Made by a program: the position numbers and the translations under genes. Shown here piece by piece: positions 1-13,194 of a stretch of 64,000 nucleotides of DNA. Every line of letters starts with the position of its first letter. Positions within the stretch are counted from its first letter, which is position 1. The DNA comes from the human T2T-CHM13v2.0 reference genome, Homo sapiens. The notes beneath the pieces were generated by a model that saw only the letters and a program-made list of their open reading frames with translations, did no database searches and had not been told where the DNA came from. The stretch lies in NCBI RefSeq assembly GCF_009914755.1, contig NC_060931.1; one strand, 5' to 3'.

Positions 1-99
1 ACAGGCGTGAGCCACTGCACCCAGCCTAAAGATTTCTTTTTTAATCTTTAAAAAGTTTTTAAATTGATATAGGATAAAATTGACTCTTTTTGGCATTTA

Positions 100-630
<531 letters not shown>

Positions 631-1085
631 TTAGAGAGTGAAAAATTAATCAGTGGGGACTGCCAGCTCGTAGTTTCTTCCCAGAAGGGATGGAGTGCTT
701 TCTTTCCTGCCTCACTGTGGTAGGAATGTAATAGGGTTTGTATTTAATCATTTATTAGCCAGGGCAAAAAGAGTAGAAAATACTTTTAGGCAAGCTTTGT
801 CTTCTGTTGTTGAAGATGGAGAACATGGTCCCTGTCGTGTTATCTTTATGGTCCTGTGGGAAGAGTAAACGTCTAGTGTGTGTTGGTTTAGGCTTTAAGG
901 GGCATTGGAAAATGAATGGCTGAGCCTAAATACTGTGGAGTTGGTGCAGCATAAAAATGTAGAACATACTGTTTTTTTCCACCAAAGAGTCAAGCGTCTT
1001 TTTGTTTTGTTTTGTTTTGTTTTTTTTTTTTGAATGAATATTGGGTTTGACTTTAGGAAAAAATATTTTTATGACTTTTATGTAG

Positions 1086-1211
1086 AACCGCTACTTTGAG
1101 AACCCTCAAGTGATCCCCGAGAACACAGTGCCTCCCCCAGAAATGGTTGGTATGATAACAACGATTGCTGTGAAAGTCAACCCGGAGCGTGAGGACAGTG
1201 AGACTCGAACA
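1086..1211 (+). CDS. TRRAP: TRRAP exon (window exon 1), 126 nt, NRYFENPQ...DSETRT
   Basis: tgtag|AAC ... ACA|gtaagt; phase 0-0. Confidence 0.96.
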
Positions 1212-2250
1212 GTAAGTGTTTCGCTGAGTTATTTCTACCCGTGGCTCCTGTAGTTTCGGATACTGGCCTGTTAAACCATTTTTTTTTCTCTTAAATACTT
1301 GGAGGCATTTAAGACAAACGTGTGTGCCTGGCAAAGCATCACTGGTCCTTCTCTGCAGCCTGGGAGGGGTGAAAGTGACCTTTTGGGTGTCATTGATGCC
1401 AGGCTAGAAAGATAAGGTTGTTGTTGAAACCCAGAATCACCCTGCTGGGAAGAGCAGCAGACCAGGTGTGGGGTGTCTGTTCTGTCCCTTAGCTTTGAGT
1501 CTTTTGACATTAATAAAGTCCCTTAAACTATAGATAAAAGCATATAGCTCAGTGACTGAGAGTGTGGGCTCTAGGACAGAGAGCTCCAGTACAATGTCCT
1601 GGCCCCACTGGGGTTTTCTGACTCCAAGAAAGTTAATGAACCTGCGTTCTGACCTTATTTTTCCTCTCATTATCTAAAAAACCTGTCTCACGGACTTTGT
1701 GAAGGTAATGCTGGCATGGTCCGCAGGTAATGTATCGTATATTTGTGGTGTCTGCCACATAGGTAACATGTTTTGAGCACTTACTATGACAATTTTTGTG
1801 ATTGAATTATTATCCATGTTTGTTTTTCTGAAATGGTTGTGCAGAGTGTTTCAGTTGTGCTAGGATGAACAAGAAACTTTGAGTAACGCTTTCCTCCTTT
1901 TGTTGTTCTTAGTTAGAAATTTGTTTTCTGAGTATCATTCCTTTGTATTTTCTTTTTTCCTTGTCTGTTGATATCCATTGCCCATCTGTATTTTGAGCCT
2001 GACATTTTCCTTGTTTCATGAGTCCTTATATATTAGGACTGTTGAACTTTTCTATATTGTAAGCATTTTCTGTTTATAAATATCTTTGAATAAAACTGCT
2101 GAGTAAATTGTACTTTGTGCTGTTCTTTTAAATAAGTGAAGTCATAGGCATTCATTTTAAAAATTTCTCAGATGATTTGAATCTCCAAGTTTGGACATAG
2201 TTTCCTGAACTTTTTACAAATGATTATGTAGAAAAATATGCAAACCTTTA

Positions 2251-2593
<343 letters not shown>

Positions 2594-2600
2594 TCAACAT

Positions 2601-2634
2601 AGTTTGGATCTTTCATCAGTTTGGATCTTTCATC
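2601..2634. repeat. 17-bp perfect tandem duplication agtttggatctttcatc x2
   Basis: Seen directly. Confidence 0.9.
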
Positions 2635-2766
2635 ACAAATATTTACAAAGAGGTGTCACTGTTTTCCGTTCTCTCTCTTTCAGTGGGTGATGCTCAGTGG
2701 GCACTGGTGGGGGCTATTTTAAATGCCACAATGGTAACCCGGGTCCTACCCATTTCTGTCTTCCAG

Positions 2767-2844
2767 CATTCCATCATTCCGAGGGGATCACTTTCTCTGA
2801 AAGTGTTGGCAGAATTGCCCATTATTGTTGTTTTAATGTATCAG
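2767..2844 (+). CDS. TRRAP: TRRAP exon 2 in window, 78 nt, HSIIPRGSLSLKVLAELPIIVVLMYQ
   Basis: ttccag|CAT ... CAG|gtatgt. Confidence 0.96.
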
Positions 2845-3023
2845 GTATGTGTATTGCTCATTAGTCTCTTGGGTTTTGGGCTTCTTATAAGAAAATTGGC
2901 ATCTGGGGCCAAAAGATGTGTATAATACACACATGCTAAATAATGTGATGATTCTTCGGTATGCCAGATTTTGTCGCCATAGCAGAGTGTCAATGTATGA
3001 AAATCTGGTATGTTTGCTTTTAG

Positions 3024-3112
3024 CTCTACAAACTGAACATCCACAATGTTGTTGCTGAGTTTGTGCCCTTGATCATGAACACCATTGCCATTCAGGTGTC
3101 TGCACAAGCGAG
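3024..3112 (+). CDS. TRRAP: TRRAP exon 3 in window, 89 nt, LYKLNIHNVV...VSAQA(R)
   Basis: ttttag|CTC ... AG|gtgagg; phase 0-2. Confidence 0.96.
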
Positions 3113-3968
3113 GTGAGGCGTCACTGTAGCCGGCTGCCACAGTGCCTGGATTCCAAGTAAAAATACACTTGCTGTTGTCATTCTTAAGACATGAAAATTA
3201 TGAGTGATAAAATTTTGGTAAAATTATATGCACTGTTGACTTTCTGCACCTGTGTTTCAGGGATGACAGTTGTAGCTATTTTCGTTCTTAATTTGGAAAG
3301 ATGAGATAATAGCTCGTATTCTGGTGCGTTGTAAATTAAAAATGTCGTCAGGCATTACCGTGCTCAATGACAGCTATGGCATGTCCAAGCCTTGCTCACC
3401 TTCAAGACTTTGTTCTTGCTGATTGTTCAGCTTGAGTGCTAGAATGTTCTTTACACCCTCAGTTCCCCATCAGCCTTCATCTCCAGATAGGCTGTGTTCA
3501 TCCTTTGAAGCCTCTCGGTGAAGCCTTTTCTCAAACCTAAGGACGTTCCTCCTGAGACTGTCTTCATGCACCCTCCTGACTTGGAGCCCGTCTGGCTGTG
3601 TCATTTGAGGGCAGCATCTGAGGAGGAATCTTCTTTGGCCATCGCCACGGCCCTAGTTGGGGTCTTGCACTGAGCAGATGTTACTCGAATTCTTTCTGCG
3701 GATTGAGTAGAACGGCCTGGCACTGGCTTTGTGGGATTCACATTGTAACTGCTATGGAATGGGCTGGAGAACTGGTTGGTGTGTTTCCTTAAAACTTTTA
3801 TGTTATTTGGAATTGCACGAAAGGTGTAGACACCTTTGCTATTGTTGCTGTGTTGTTTGGGTCTGTGTGGAAATCAATCTTTTGGGTTTAGTAATGGTTA
3901 CAGGCTTTTAATTAATACTAACATCACTCATAATTGAGAGGTAATATTTTTGTTCTCTTCTTATTCAG

Positions 3969-4065
3969 GCAACATAAGCTTTACAACAAGGAGTTGTATG
4001 CTGACTTCATTGCTGCTCAGATTAAAACATTGTCATTTTTAGCTTACATTATCAGGATTTACCAG
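3969..4065 (+). CDS. TRRAP: TRRAP exon 4 in window, 97 nt, QHKLYNKELY...IIRIYQ
   Basis: attcag|G CAA ... CAG|gtaagg. Confidence 0.96.
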
Positions 4066-4439
4066 GTAAGGTCATTGACTTTTATGTCAGGTTTATTGAG
4101 ATAGTTTACATACAATAAAATTCACCTTTTGTGGGTGTACAGTTCTAGGAATTGACAAATATTGGTAATCATTACTAACACATCAAAATACGGTACATTT
4201 CCATCAACCTCCAAAATTCCATTGTTACATATTTGTTGTCAGTTTCTTCCCACCACCTCCATTCCTTGGCATACACACCGATTTATTTGGTCCCCATAGT
4301 TTTGTCCTTTCTAGAATGTCATCTAAATGGAAATGTCCAGTGTCTAGTCTCTGCAACCTTTTGAGTCTGGCTTCTTTCACTTAGCAGTAATGTGGAGATA
4401 GGACCTTGTTTTACTGATTACTTTTTATTGCTGTGTAGT

Positions 4440-4793
4440 TGTCTTTGCTTGGCAGCCTTAACAAAAAATCCCATAGGCTAGGTTGCTTACACGGTAGCAA
4501 TTGTCTCACAGTTCTGGAGGCTGGAAGTCTGAGATCAAGGTTCTGGTTTCTGGTGAGGGCTTTCTTCCTGCCTTGCAGACAGCTGCCTTCTGCTGTGTCC
4601 TCACAATGGCGAACAGAGAGGGAGAGTTCTCTCCTCCTCTTACACGGCCACCGTCCTGCCAGATAACGGCTGCAGCCGTATGACCTCACTGAACTTTCAT
4701 CCCCTCCTGAAGACTCTGTGTCCAGATACAGTCACATATGGAGTTAGGGCTTTCACATGGGAATTTTAAGGGGATGCAGCTCAATCCACAGCA
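4440..4793 (-). mobile_element. MaLR solo LTR (MLT1A-like)
   Basis: tctcacagttctggaggctggaagtctgagatcaagg core; TG...CA ends; near-TSD gtagt/gtaga. Confidence 0.8.
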
Positions 4794-4894
4794 GTAGAAT
4801 CCCATTGTGTGGATGTATCATGGTGTGTGTTTATCCATTCACCAACTGATGAGTATTCAGATTATTTCTAATGTTTTTGAAAACAGCTTTATTA

Positions 4895-5185
4895 TTTACT
4901 TACTATTTTTTGAGATAGAATCTCACTCTGTTGCCCAGGGTGGAGTGCAGTGGCACAATCTCAACTCACTGTAGCCTCTGCCTCACTGGTTCAAGCTATT
5001 CTTGTGCCTCAGCCACTCGAGTAGCTAGGATTACAGGCATGCACTACCATGCCTGGCTAATATTTGTATTTTTTGTAGAGGTGAGGTTTGGCCATGTTGC
5101 CCAGGCTGGTCTTGAACCCCTGGCCTCAAGTGATCTGCCCACCTCAGCCTCCCATGGTGCTGGGATTACCGGCATGAGCCAGGCC
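4895..5185 (-). mobile_element. Alu (J/S)
   Basis: Antisense Alu; TSD aaaacagc(t/g)ttatt. Confidence 0.9.
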
Positions 5186-6149
5186 TAAAAACAGCGTTAT
5201 TGAGATATAGTTTATGTATCATAAAGTTCCCCCTCTTTAAGTGTACAATTAAGTGGTTTTTAGTTTAGCCACAGATTTGTACCATTACCACCATCCAATT
5301 TTAGAATAATGTCATCATCCCAAAAAGAAACCCTGTCCCATCAGCAGCCTTCCTTGACTATGTGCTCTTGGCAACCACGATTGTACTTTCTGTCTTTACG
5401 GATTTGCCTGTTTCATTTTTGGCCATTATTAATAAAGCAACTATGCACATTTACATGCAGATTTTTGTATGGACATATTTGGTTCATTGACTTTTGCTGC
5501 TGTTAGAAGTTGTGTGTTGTGGCAGCTAGGTGTGAGAGAGATTGGAATTTAAAAGGCGTTATCAGTAAAACTGATGAAGAAGTTCTGGGTGCTTTTCTGA
5601 GGAGACTGTATGGTGGATTTTTGTTTCATTTTTTCATGCATAGTTGTGTTCTTATTTAAATCATGAGAACTTGAAGGAAAAAATACCTTATCTCCTTTTA
5701 GTGTTTTTGAAAAGAATTCTTATATGATTGTTCTATAGTATGGAATAAATTCAGTACTGATCTATATCAATGGAATTGGATTATAATTTATGCTTTTTGT
5801 ATGGCTTTTATTTCAGAAAAATAAAAATTAAAGAGCTGAATTGTTTAGAATAAAAACTACTTTTGAAAGCATTTGTAATCTTTTCCCCCTTAATTTTAAT
5901 GCATATGATTAGATAATGATAGCTTACATGAAGAAAATGGAACATTTGGTGTAAAAAGTCAAATTAGGTACCCCTTGACATTTTAGTCAGCTTGCGTTAT
6001 CTTGGTGAGTGGCCTTCTGCTGACACCGCAAAAGAAGATTGTGATTAGAGCCTGTTCTGAGTTGGCTCAAGTTGACTCCACTGTTGTTCACAACTTACAT
6101 TAATGGGATGACTAAGTAAACAAGTAATTACCTTAAAAAAAATCTTAGA

Positions 6150-6352
6150 AGCCTGGCATGGTGGCTCATGCCTATAATCCCAGCAGGTGGGAGGATTGCT
6201 TGAGCCCAGGAGTTGGAGGCCAGCTCGGGTAACATAGCAAGACCCCCATTTCTAAAAAAAAAAAAAAAAAAAAGAAAATTAGGCATGGTGGTATGCACCC
6301 TTAGTCCCAGCTACTGAGGTGGGAGGATGGCGTGAGCCCAGGAAGTCGAGGG
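6150..6352 (+). mobile_element. Partial AluJ
   Basis: Alu left arm, A tract and partial right arm. Confidence 0.8.
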
Positions 6353-6377
6353 TCACTTGAGTCAAGCTTAGTCTTAA

Positions 6378-6641
<264 letters not shown>

Positions 6642-6727
6642 TGAATTTTTAAGAAGCTGATAACATTTGAATTTTTCTTAATACTCTCCTATCCCTGTAA
6701 CTGTGTCATCTCACTCTGTTCTTACAG

Positions 6728-6866
6728 GAGTTGGTGACTAAGTATTCTCAGCAGATGGTGAAAGGAATGCTCCAGTTACTTTCAAATTGTCCAGCAGAGA
6801 CTGCACACCTCAGAAAGGAGCTTCTGATTGCTGCCAAACACATCCTCACCACAGAGCTGAGAAACC
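6728..6866 (+). CDS. TRRAP: TRRAP exon 5 in window, 139 nt, ELVTKYSQQ...TTELRN
   Basis: ttacag|GAG ... AAC C|gtacgt; phase 0-1. Confidence 0.96.
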
Positions 6867-7034
6867 GTACGTCCAGCCTGTCTTGTCTTGAATGCTGATG
6901 CTAGTCCTGTGGCCATCTTTGGGGACTCGGCTGACATTCCATAGTTGTGCTGTGAGGTTTCCATGTATCCTTGCTTCCTTCATTGCTGTCTTGGGTTCAT
7001 TCTTTCCCCTCTTTTCTCTCCCTCTCTGCCTCCC

Positions 7035-7250
7035 TGTATTAGTCTGTTTTCACGCTGCTGATAAAGACATACCCGAGACTGGGCAATTTACAAGAAAAAG
7101 AGGTTTTATGGACTTACAGTTCCACGTGGCTGGGGAGGCCTCACAGTCATGGCAGAAGGCAAGGACGAGCAAGTCACATCTTACGTGGATGGTGGCCCGC
7201 AAAGAGAGAGCTTGTGCAGGGAAACTCCCCTTTTTAAAACCATCAGATCT
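7035..7250 (-). mobile_element. THE1-type MaLR LTR, truncated
   Basis: tgtattagtctgttttcacgctgctgataaagacatacccgagactggg ... aaaccatcagatct is characteristic of THE1. Confidence 0.85.
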
Positions 7251-7261
7251 TAGCCGGGCAC

Positions 7262-7456
7262 GGTTCTCGTGCCTCAGCCTCCCAAGTAGCAGAAATTACA
7301 GGCATCCACCACCACGCCCGGTTAATTTTTTTATTTTTAGTAGAGATGGGATTTCACCATGTTGGCCAGGCTGGTCTCGAACTCCTGACCTCAAGTGATG
7401 TGCCTGCCTCAGCCTTCCAAAGTGCTGGGACTACTGGTGTGAGCCACTGCACCCAA
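7262..7456 (-). mobile_element. Alu lacking tail and 3' part of right arm
   Basis: Antisense Alu abutting THE1. Confidence 0.85.
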
Positions 7457-7550
7457 CCTCTTTCCAGTACTCCTGCCATGAGTAAGAATTTTGGAGGTGT
7501 GTTGGGGACCTTTGTAGCACAAGGATTCTTGTAGATCTGCTGACAGATTC

Positions 7551-7858
7551 GGCTGGGTGTGGTGGCTCACGTCTGTAATCCCAGCACTTAGGGAGGCCGA
7601 GGCGAGCGGATCACGAGGTCAGGAGATCCTGACCATCCTGGCTGACACGGTGAAACACCGTCTCTACTAAAAATACAAAAAATTAGCCAGGCGTGGTGGC
7701 GGGCACCTGTAGTCCCAGCTGCTTGGGAGGCTGAGGCAGGAGAATGGTGTGAACCCCGGAAGGCAGAGTTTGCAGTGAGCCAAGATGGCGCCACTGTACT
7801 CCAGCCTGGGCGACAGAGCAAGACTCTGTCTCAAAAAAAAAAAAAAAAAAAAAAAAAA
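7551..7858 (+). mobile_element. AluY-like
   Basis: gatcacgaggtcaggagatc..accatcctggct; agaatggtgtgaaccc; long poly(A). Confidence 0.9.
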
Positions 7859-9524
7859 TACTTTTCATGCTTACCAGGTCACCTCCTTCCCGTTACTGTA
7901 CAAGCTAGCCCCTTCTGAAGGCATAAAGCTTGGTTTTAATCAGTGTTCACAGCTGCTAGCCAGAATTGCTGGCTTCCCAAGCTGCTGCCCTGCAGGGGTT
8001 GATCACATTAGACTTTCGGGGTTCAGCTTTTAGTCTTCCCTTTTTTAAAACTCCGTTTACTAGTTGGCTTGATTTTGTTTTTAACAAGATATTATAGGAT
8101 GCTTTATTTTGAAGCCTTTTAGTAGTTCCTGAGACTTAAATAGACATTAGCATCACATCTCAAAGTTTTGGTGGAAAGAAACATGTAGAGAATCATGTTA
8201 AATGTTAACTGTGTGTTACAGTTAAAACGTCCACTTCCACCAACATTTTCTCTTCACCTTACTTTTTTGGCACCTGCAACGTTATCAAGTGGTAACTCAT
8301 TTTCACTCATTCTGAAGAGCCAGTGGTTTGAGAAAACCTGCCATTTTAACAAGTTCAGCATTTTCCTAGAGATTCTGGTTCTGGGTCATGGAAAGGATCT
8401 GGAAAGTAGTGGTCACGCAATTTCATCTCCTATCACTCCTCCCTCTGCTGGAGGTGTTCCCACCTCCCCAGCCAGTTCTCCATGTCACGGCTGAGCCCTT
8501 TGCATCCCTCTGTGCCTCCTTCATCTTGGCCACTTCACTGCAGCCTGCCTGGCCTGTTGCATCCTCTGACCTCAGAGGGGCCTGCTTGTGGCTGTTTCCA
8601 TTTGGCTGTTCCTCCGTGTGCTGCCTGGCTGTGCAGTTACCTAGAGATGTGCATCTTGCACATTTCAGTGTCTGCATTTCTTTTATGCCTTTGACCCTCA
8701 ATAGCTACGAGCTGGTGGGAAATGTACTTTATTTGACTTACTGCAGCTGGCTTTATGTCAGGCTTATTCCAGAACCTGAACACCCTTTGGGATGATTGTA
8801 TTAATAGAACTCCCCAGGGGAAGTGTGGACATGCTGTCGCTGCCCCATCTGCACATCCTCAGAAGCCTGAATTGTCCCTGAGTGGTGACCGGTTGTTTCT
8901 ATAGAACCCTGGTTAGGTTCAGGCCTGCAAGGACGCAGAGAGTAAGTTTAGGGGTGGTTCCACCTGCAGGAATAGAGCAAGAGAGGAACCCCGGTGGGGA
9001 TTCTGATGAGCATCATCCAGGGAATGCAGAACCGTAACCTGGGACTCATGCCTGTGAGAACATTGTAAAAACGCCTGGACCTTTGTAATTTACATAGAGA
9101 AACATCGTTAGGTCTTCTCAATATGCTTCAGGGTAGTAAAGGGGCATTTAGGAGATCCTGTTCCCTTGTCCAAACTGGTTGGGAGGGTGGTGACAATGTT
9201 TAAGGATGGTGGGATGTGCCCACAGTTAAGTATCAGAGGTGGGATCTCTGCCAGGGGACACCAAGCTGATTTATTCTTAATTTGATCTCTGACCCTGAAC
9301 GTGACCCTGACTGCATCTTTGACAGCAGGTGGCTGGTGTGGCCCAGCAGAGCTGCTATGTTAGACTGAAATAGCACTTGTGCCTTTCTGGTCTCCTCTCT
9401 GTCCCTTTTCAGGTCTGGATTGCATATCAGACTGCGGGCTGGCTACTTCGAAAGCACTGTAAAGTAATTTAATGTGTGTAATTGGTTTTGTTAGTGATCT
9501 GTGCAATGGATGTTTGTCTTCTAG

Positions 9525-9603
9525 AGTTCATTCCTTGCATGGACAAGCTGTTTGATGAATCCATACTAATTGGCTCAGGATATACTGCCAGAGAGACTCT
9601 AAG
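9525..9603 (+). CDS. TRRAP: TRRAP exon 6 in window, 79 nt, (Q)FIPCMDKLF...RETL(R)
   Basis: ttctag|AG TTC ... AG|gtatga; phase 1-2. Confidence 0.95.
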
Positions 9604-9744
9604 GTATGAGATTAAACCAGTGATATCTGGTTGGTTAAATGCCAGGAGCATCAGTTACTGGCACTTCATGTTACAAGTGTTTCAATGAACACCGGCTGTT
9701 GAGCCTTGACACACCTGTTAGGTTAGCAAGTGCAGGATTTTTGT

Positions 9745-9751
9745 TTTTGTT

Positions 9752-9782
<31 letters not shown>

Positions 9783-10068
9783 TTTTGAGGCCGAGTCTCA
9801 CTCTGTCACCCGGGCTGGAGTATAGCAGTGCAATCTTGGCTCACTGCAACTCTGCCTCCTGGGTTCAAGCAATTCTCCCTGCCTCAGCTGCCCGAGTAGC
9901 TGGGATTACAGGTGCCTACCACCATGCCTGGCTAATTTTTGTATTTTTAGTAGAGATGGGGTTTCGCCATGTTGGCCAGGCTGGTCTTGAACTCCTGACC
10001 TCAGGTGATCTGCCTGCCTCAGCCTCCCACAGTGCTGGGATTACAGGCGTGAGGTACTGTGCCCAGCC
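9745..10068 (-). mobile_element. AluS with (TTTA)n tail
   Basis: Antisense Alu; TSD tgcaggattttt. Confidence 0.9.
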
Positions 10069-10355
10069 AAGAATTGCAGGATTTTTGGAAAGCCCTTAGA
10101 TTACTTTTTGTGCTCTAGCTTAAAGGAAGAAATCAGAGTAATCATCTTGATTTAATTTTAGGTAAAACTTTATCTGACTTTATTATTGTTTTTTGCTTTT
10201 TGTATAATGCATCTTTTTTTGTTAAAAAGAAATTTTTTTTTATAACCTACCAGGAAGATAGAAGGGAAGAAAACCTTCTGGTCCTGCACAGGGAGATGGA
10301 GTAATGTTGCTAATATCTTAATGTATGTCCGTATAATCTTTGTTTCTTACACTTA

Positions 10356-10706
<351 letters not shown>

Positions 10707-10914
10707 TTAACATTTAATCATCTTTACATTATAAAATGAATCAATGTTTGTCATATTTTACTTCCAATAAGGAAGGCGTGATGGATCTTTTAAAAAATGT
10801 TTAGGTTCCTTTGAATATGATGCAGTTTTCTCACTGTTTTCTATAGACAATGTTATAAAATATTAAGACATTTTTTGTAACTTGGGGTTGAACTTGCCTA
10901 GAATTGGACGTTAG

Positions 10915-11650
10915 ATTATGTTACTCCTGCTCGAAGCCCTCCAGTGGCTTTCTGTAGTTCTTAGAGAAAACCCAAACTCTTGACCATAGCATTTGAGTCT
11001 CTGCGTGATTTGGCTCTGTCCACCTGTTCTACATCTTGTGTTGGTCCTTCCTCTCTGACTTGCTGCAGCCACACTGGCCCCTGCAGCTCCCCTCTCCAAT
11101 CTGCTGCAGCACGCCGCCCCCTACAGCCCCCATCCCTGACCTGCTTCAGCCATGCTGGCCCCTACAGCTCCCCTCCCTGACCTGCTTCAGCCATGCTGGC
11201 CCCTATAGCTCCCCTCTCTGACCTGCTGTAGCCATGCTGGCCCCTACAGCTGCCCTCCCTGATGTGCTGCAGCCACACTGGCCCCTATAGCTTCTTGGCT
11301 ACTTCAGGCAGTTACCACCTCTGGGCCTTTATCTTTCCTGTTTCTTCCATCTGGAAATTTCCCTGGATTTTTGCCTTATGGCCCCTTTTTGTCCTTAAGA
11401 TCTCAACTTCAGTGCCACCTCAAAGGAACTGTCCCTGGAACCCTGTTTAAGAATAGCTTGCCCCACTCATCTTTCTCATGTGCCCTTTTCACATCCCCGC
11501 TAGCACTTACTAACTTGTGTAGCTTATTTCTTTACTTGTGTGTTCTCTGCTGTAAGTAAGCTTCCTGAGGACTGGGGCTCTACTTGGGTCACTGGGGTGT
11601 CCCTGGCAGGCCCAGGATCTGGCACATGACAGGTGTCCTTGTGTTTAGTG
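10915..11650 (+). mobile_element. L2 3' remnant containing a minisatellite
   Basis: actcctgctcgaagccctccagtggcttt; aaacccaaactcttgaccatagc; tgtaagcttcctgagg...tggcaca. Confidence 0.6.
11050..11292. repeat. 41-bp minisatellite, about 6 copies (tccctgacctgcttcagccatgctggcccctacagctcccc)
   Basis: Units start at 11133, 11174 etc.; outer copies are more diverged. Confidence 0.9.
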
Positions 11651-12063
11651 AGGGAAAAAACTAGTAGCCTGAAAATTCTTACTGTGTCTCTGTAAAGTGG
11701 TCATCATATATAAAGATTGATTGACCCGTCCTATTTATTTTTGAGCAACAAAACCCATTCAGTGCATGATCAAGCTGGTAATATTCCTCCTTGGCTTAGC
11801 TGTATGTGCCAGCATCTATTAGTAACTTTATGACGTGCACAAAGTTAACCTTTTAGCTTGGAAGGTAAAGATGGAGGTATCAGTACAAAACTTGAGCCCT
11901 CTTCTGTCATGTATCTGGGAGAGAGTAATGTGGTGAAAATGGGCCATGTAAGTGTGCCGACCCAGGGGTGGTGTTCCTGGGGCAGATGGTGATATCCTTG
12001 GTGGCCTGCTGCAGCAGGCATGGCCACGTGGGAATGAGCACTAGTCGAGGTCTCTGCCCGCAG

Positions 12064-12298
12064 GCCCCTCGCCTACAGCACGCTGGCCGACCTCGTGCAC
12101 CATGTCCGCCAGCACCTGCCCCTCAGCGACCTCTCCCTCGCCGTCCAGCTCTTCGCCAAGAACATCGACGATGAGTCCCTGCCCAGCAGCATCCAGACCA
12201 TGTCCTGCAAGCTCCTGCTGAACCTGGTGGACTGCATCCGTTCCAAGAGCGAGCAGGAGAGTGGCAATGGGAGAGACGTCCTGATGCGGATGCTGGAG
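12064..12298 (+). CDS. TRRAP: TRRAP exon 7 in window, 235 nt, PLAYSTLADL...LMRMLE
   Basis: ccgcag|G CCC ... GAG|gtacca. Confidence 0.96.
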
Positions 12299-12354
12299 GT
12301 ACCAGCTCTTCTGAGAGTATCATCCATCCTGCACTCTATCCTGTTTGTGGCTAA

Positions 12355-12684
<330 letters not shown>

Positions 12685-12699
12685 TAGGGGCGGCTTGAT

Positions 12700-12880
12700 C
12701 GCTAGGCTTGATCCCAGGAGTTAGACCACCTAGGTTCAGACCCAGGCTCCCCAGATGCTTCACTTCTGTGCACCAGTTTTTTCATCTTTTCACTTGGGGT
12801 GATGATATCTGCCTCATAGGATCGCTGTGGGAGTTAAATCAGGCAGCGCTTGAAAGCTCTTAGCACACTTCCTGGCAAGT
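12700..12880 (+). mobile_element. MIR remnant
   Basis: cttcacttctgtgcaccagttttttcatct...ctgcctcataggatcgctgtgggagttaaat core. Confidence 0.65.
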
Positions 12881-13194
12881 AATTAGGAGAGTTATTTTCT
12901 GGGGGCATAGTACCCAAGTGCTAGACTGGCTGTGGACCTCTCTGGGGAGACACCCAGAGTGTGAGGGATGTGATTCCTGAGCCCCAGGGGTGGTGGCGGG
13001 GCCCTGTTGGGACGAGGCCTGTAGTCCTGGATGAAATCCAGGCCCTGCTTGTCAGGCCAGTCACTCAGCCTTCCTGAGCCAGACTCTGCACATGCAAAAC
13101 GGATATGGTATTGGGAGTAAATCGGCACCTTTCTTTTCCTTTACACGTGGCACAAAGGAGGTGCCCAGATGTTACCAGCCTTCCACCAGTTTTG

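Larger units (their letters stand above)
4090..5480 (-). mobile_element. Old L1 (L1M-type) 3' fragments, interrupted by an MLT1 LTR and an Alu
   Basis: Antisense L1 3'UTR motifs (tttattgagatagtttacatacaataaaattcacc; gtctggcttctttcacttagca; tttatccattcacc). Confidence 0.65.

Noticed and set aside
2944-3010. Possible C/D snoRNA (gtgatga C-box)
   Set aside because: No CTGA D-box at a suitable intronic position (ctgg instead) and no terminal stem
10980-11450. Repetitive ORFs (TCFSHAGPYSS...) and a CRISPR-like periodic appearance
   Set aside because: Head-to-tail 41-bp minisatellite without unique spacers, in a primate intron
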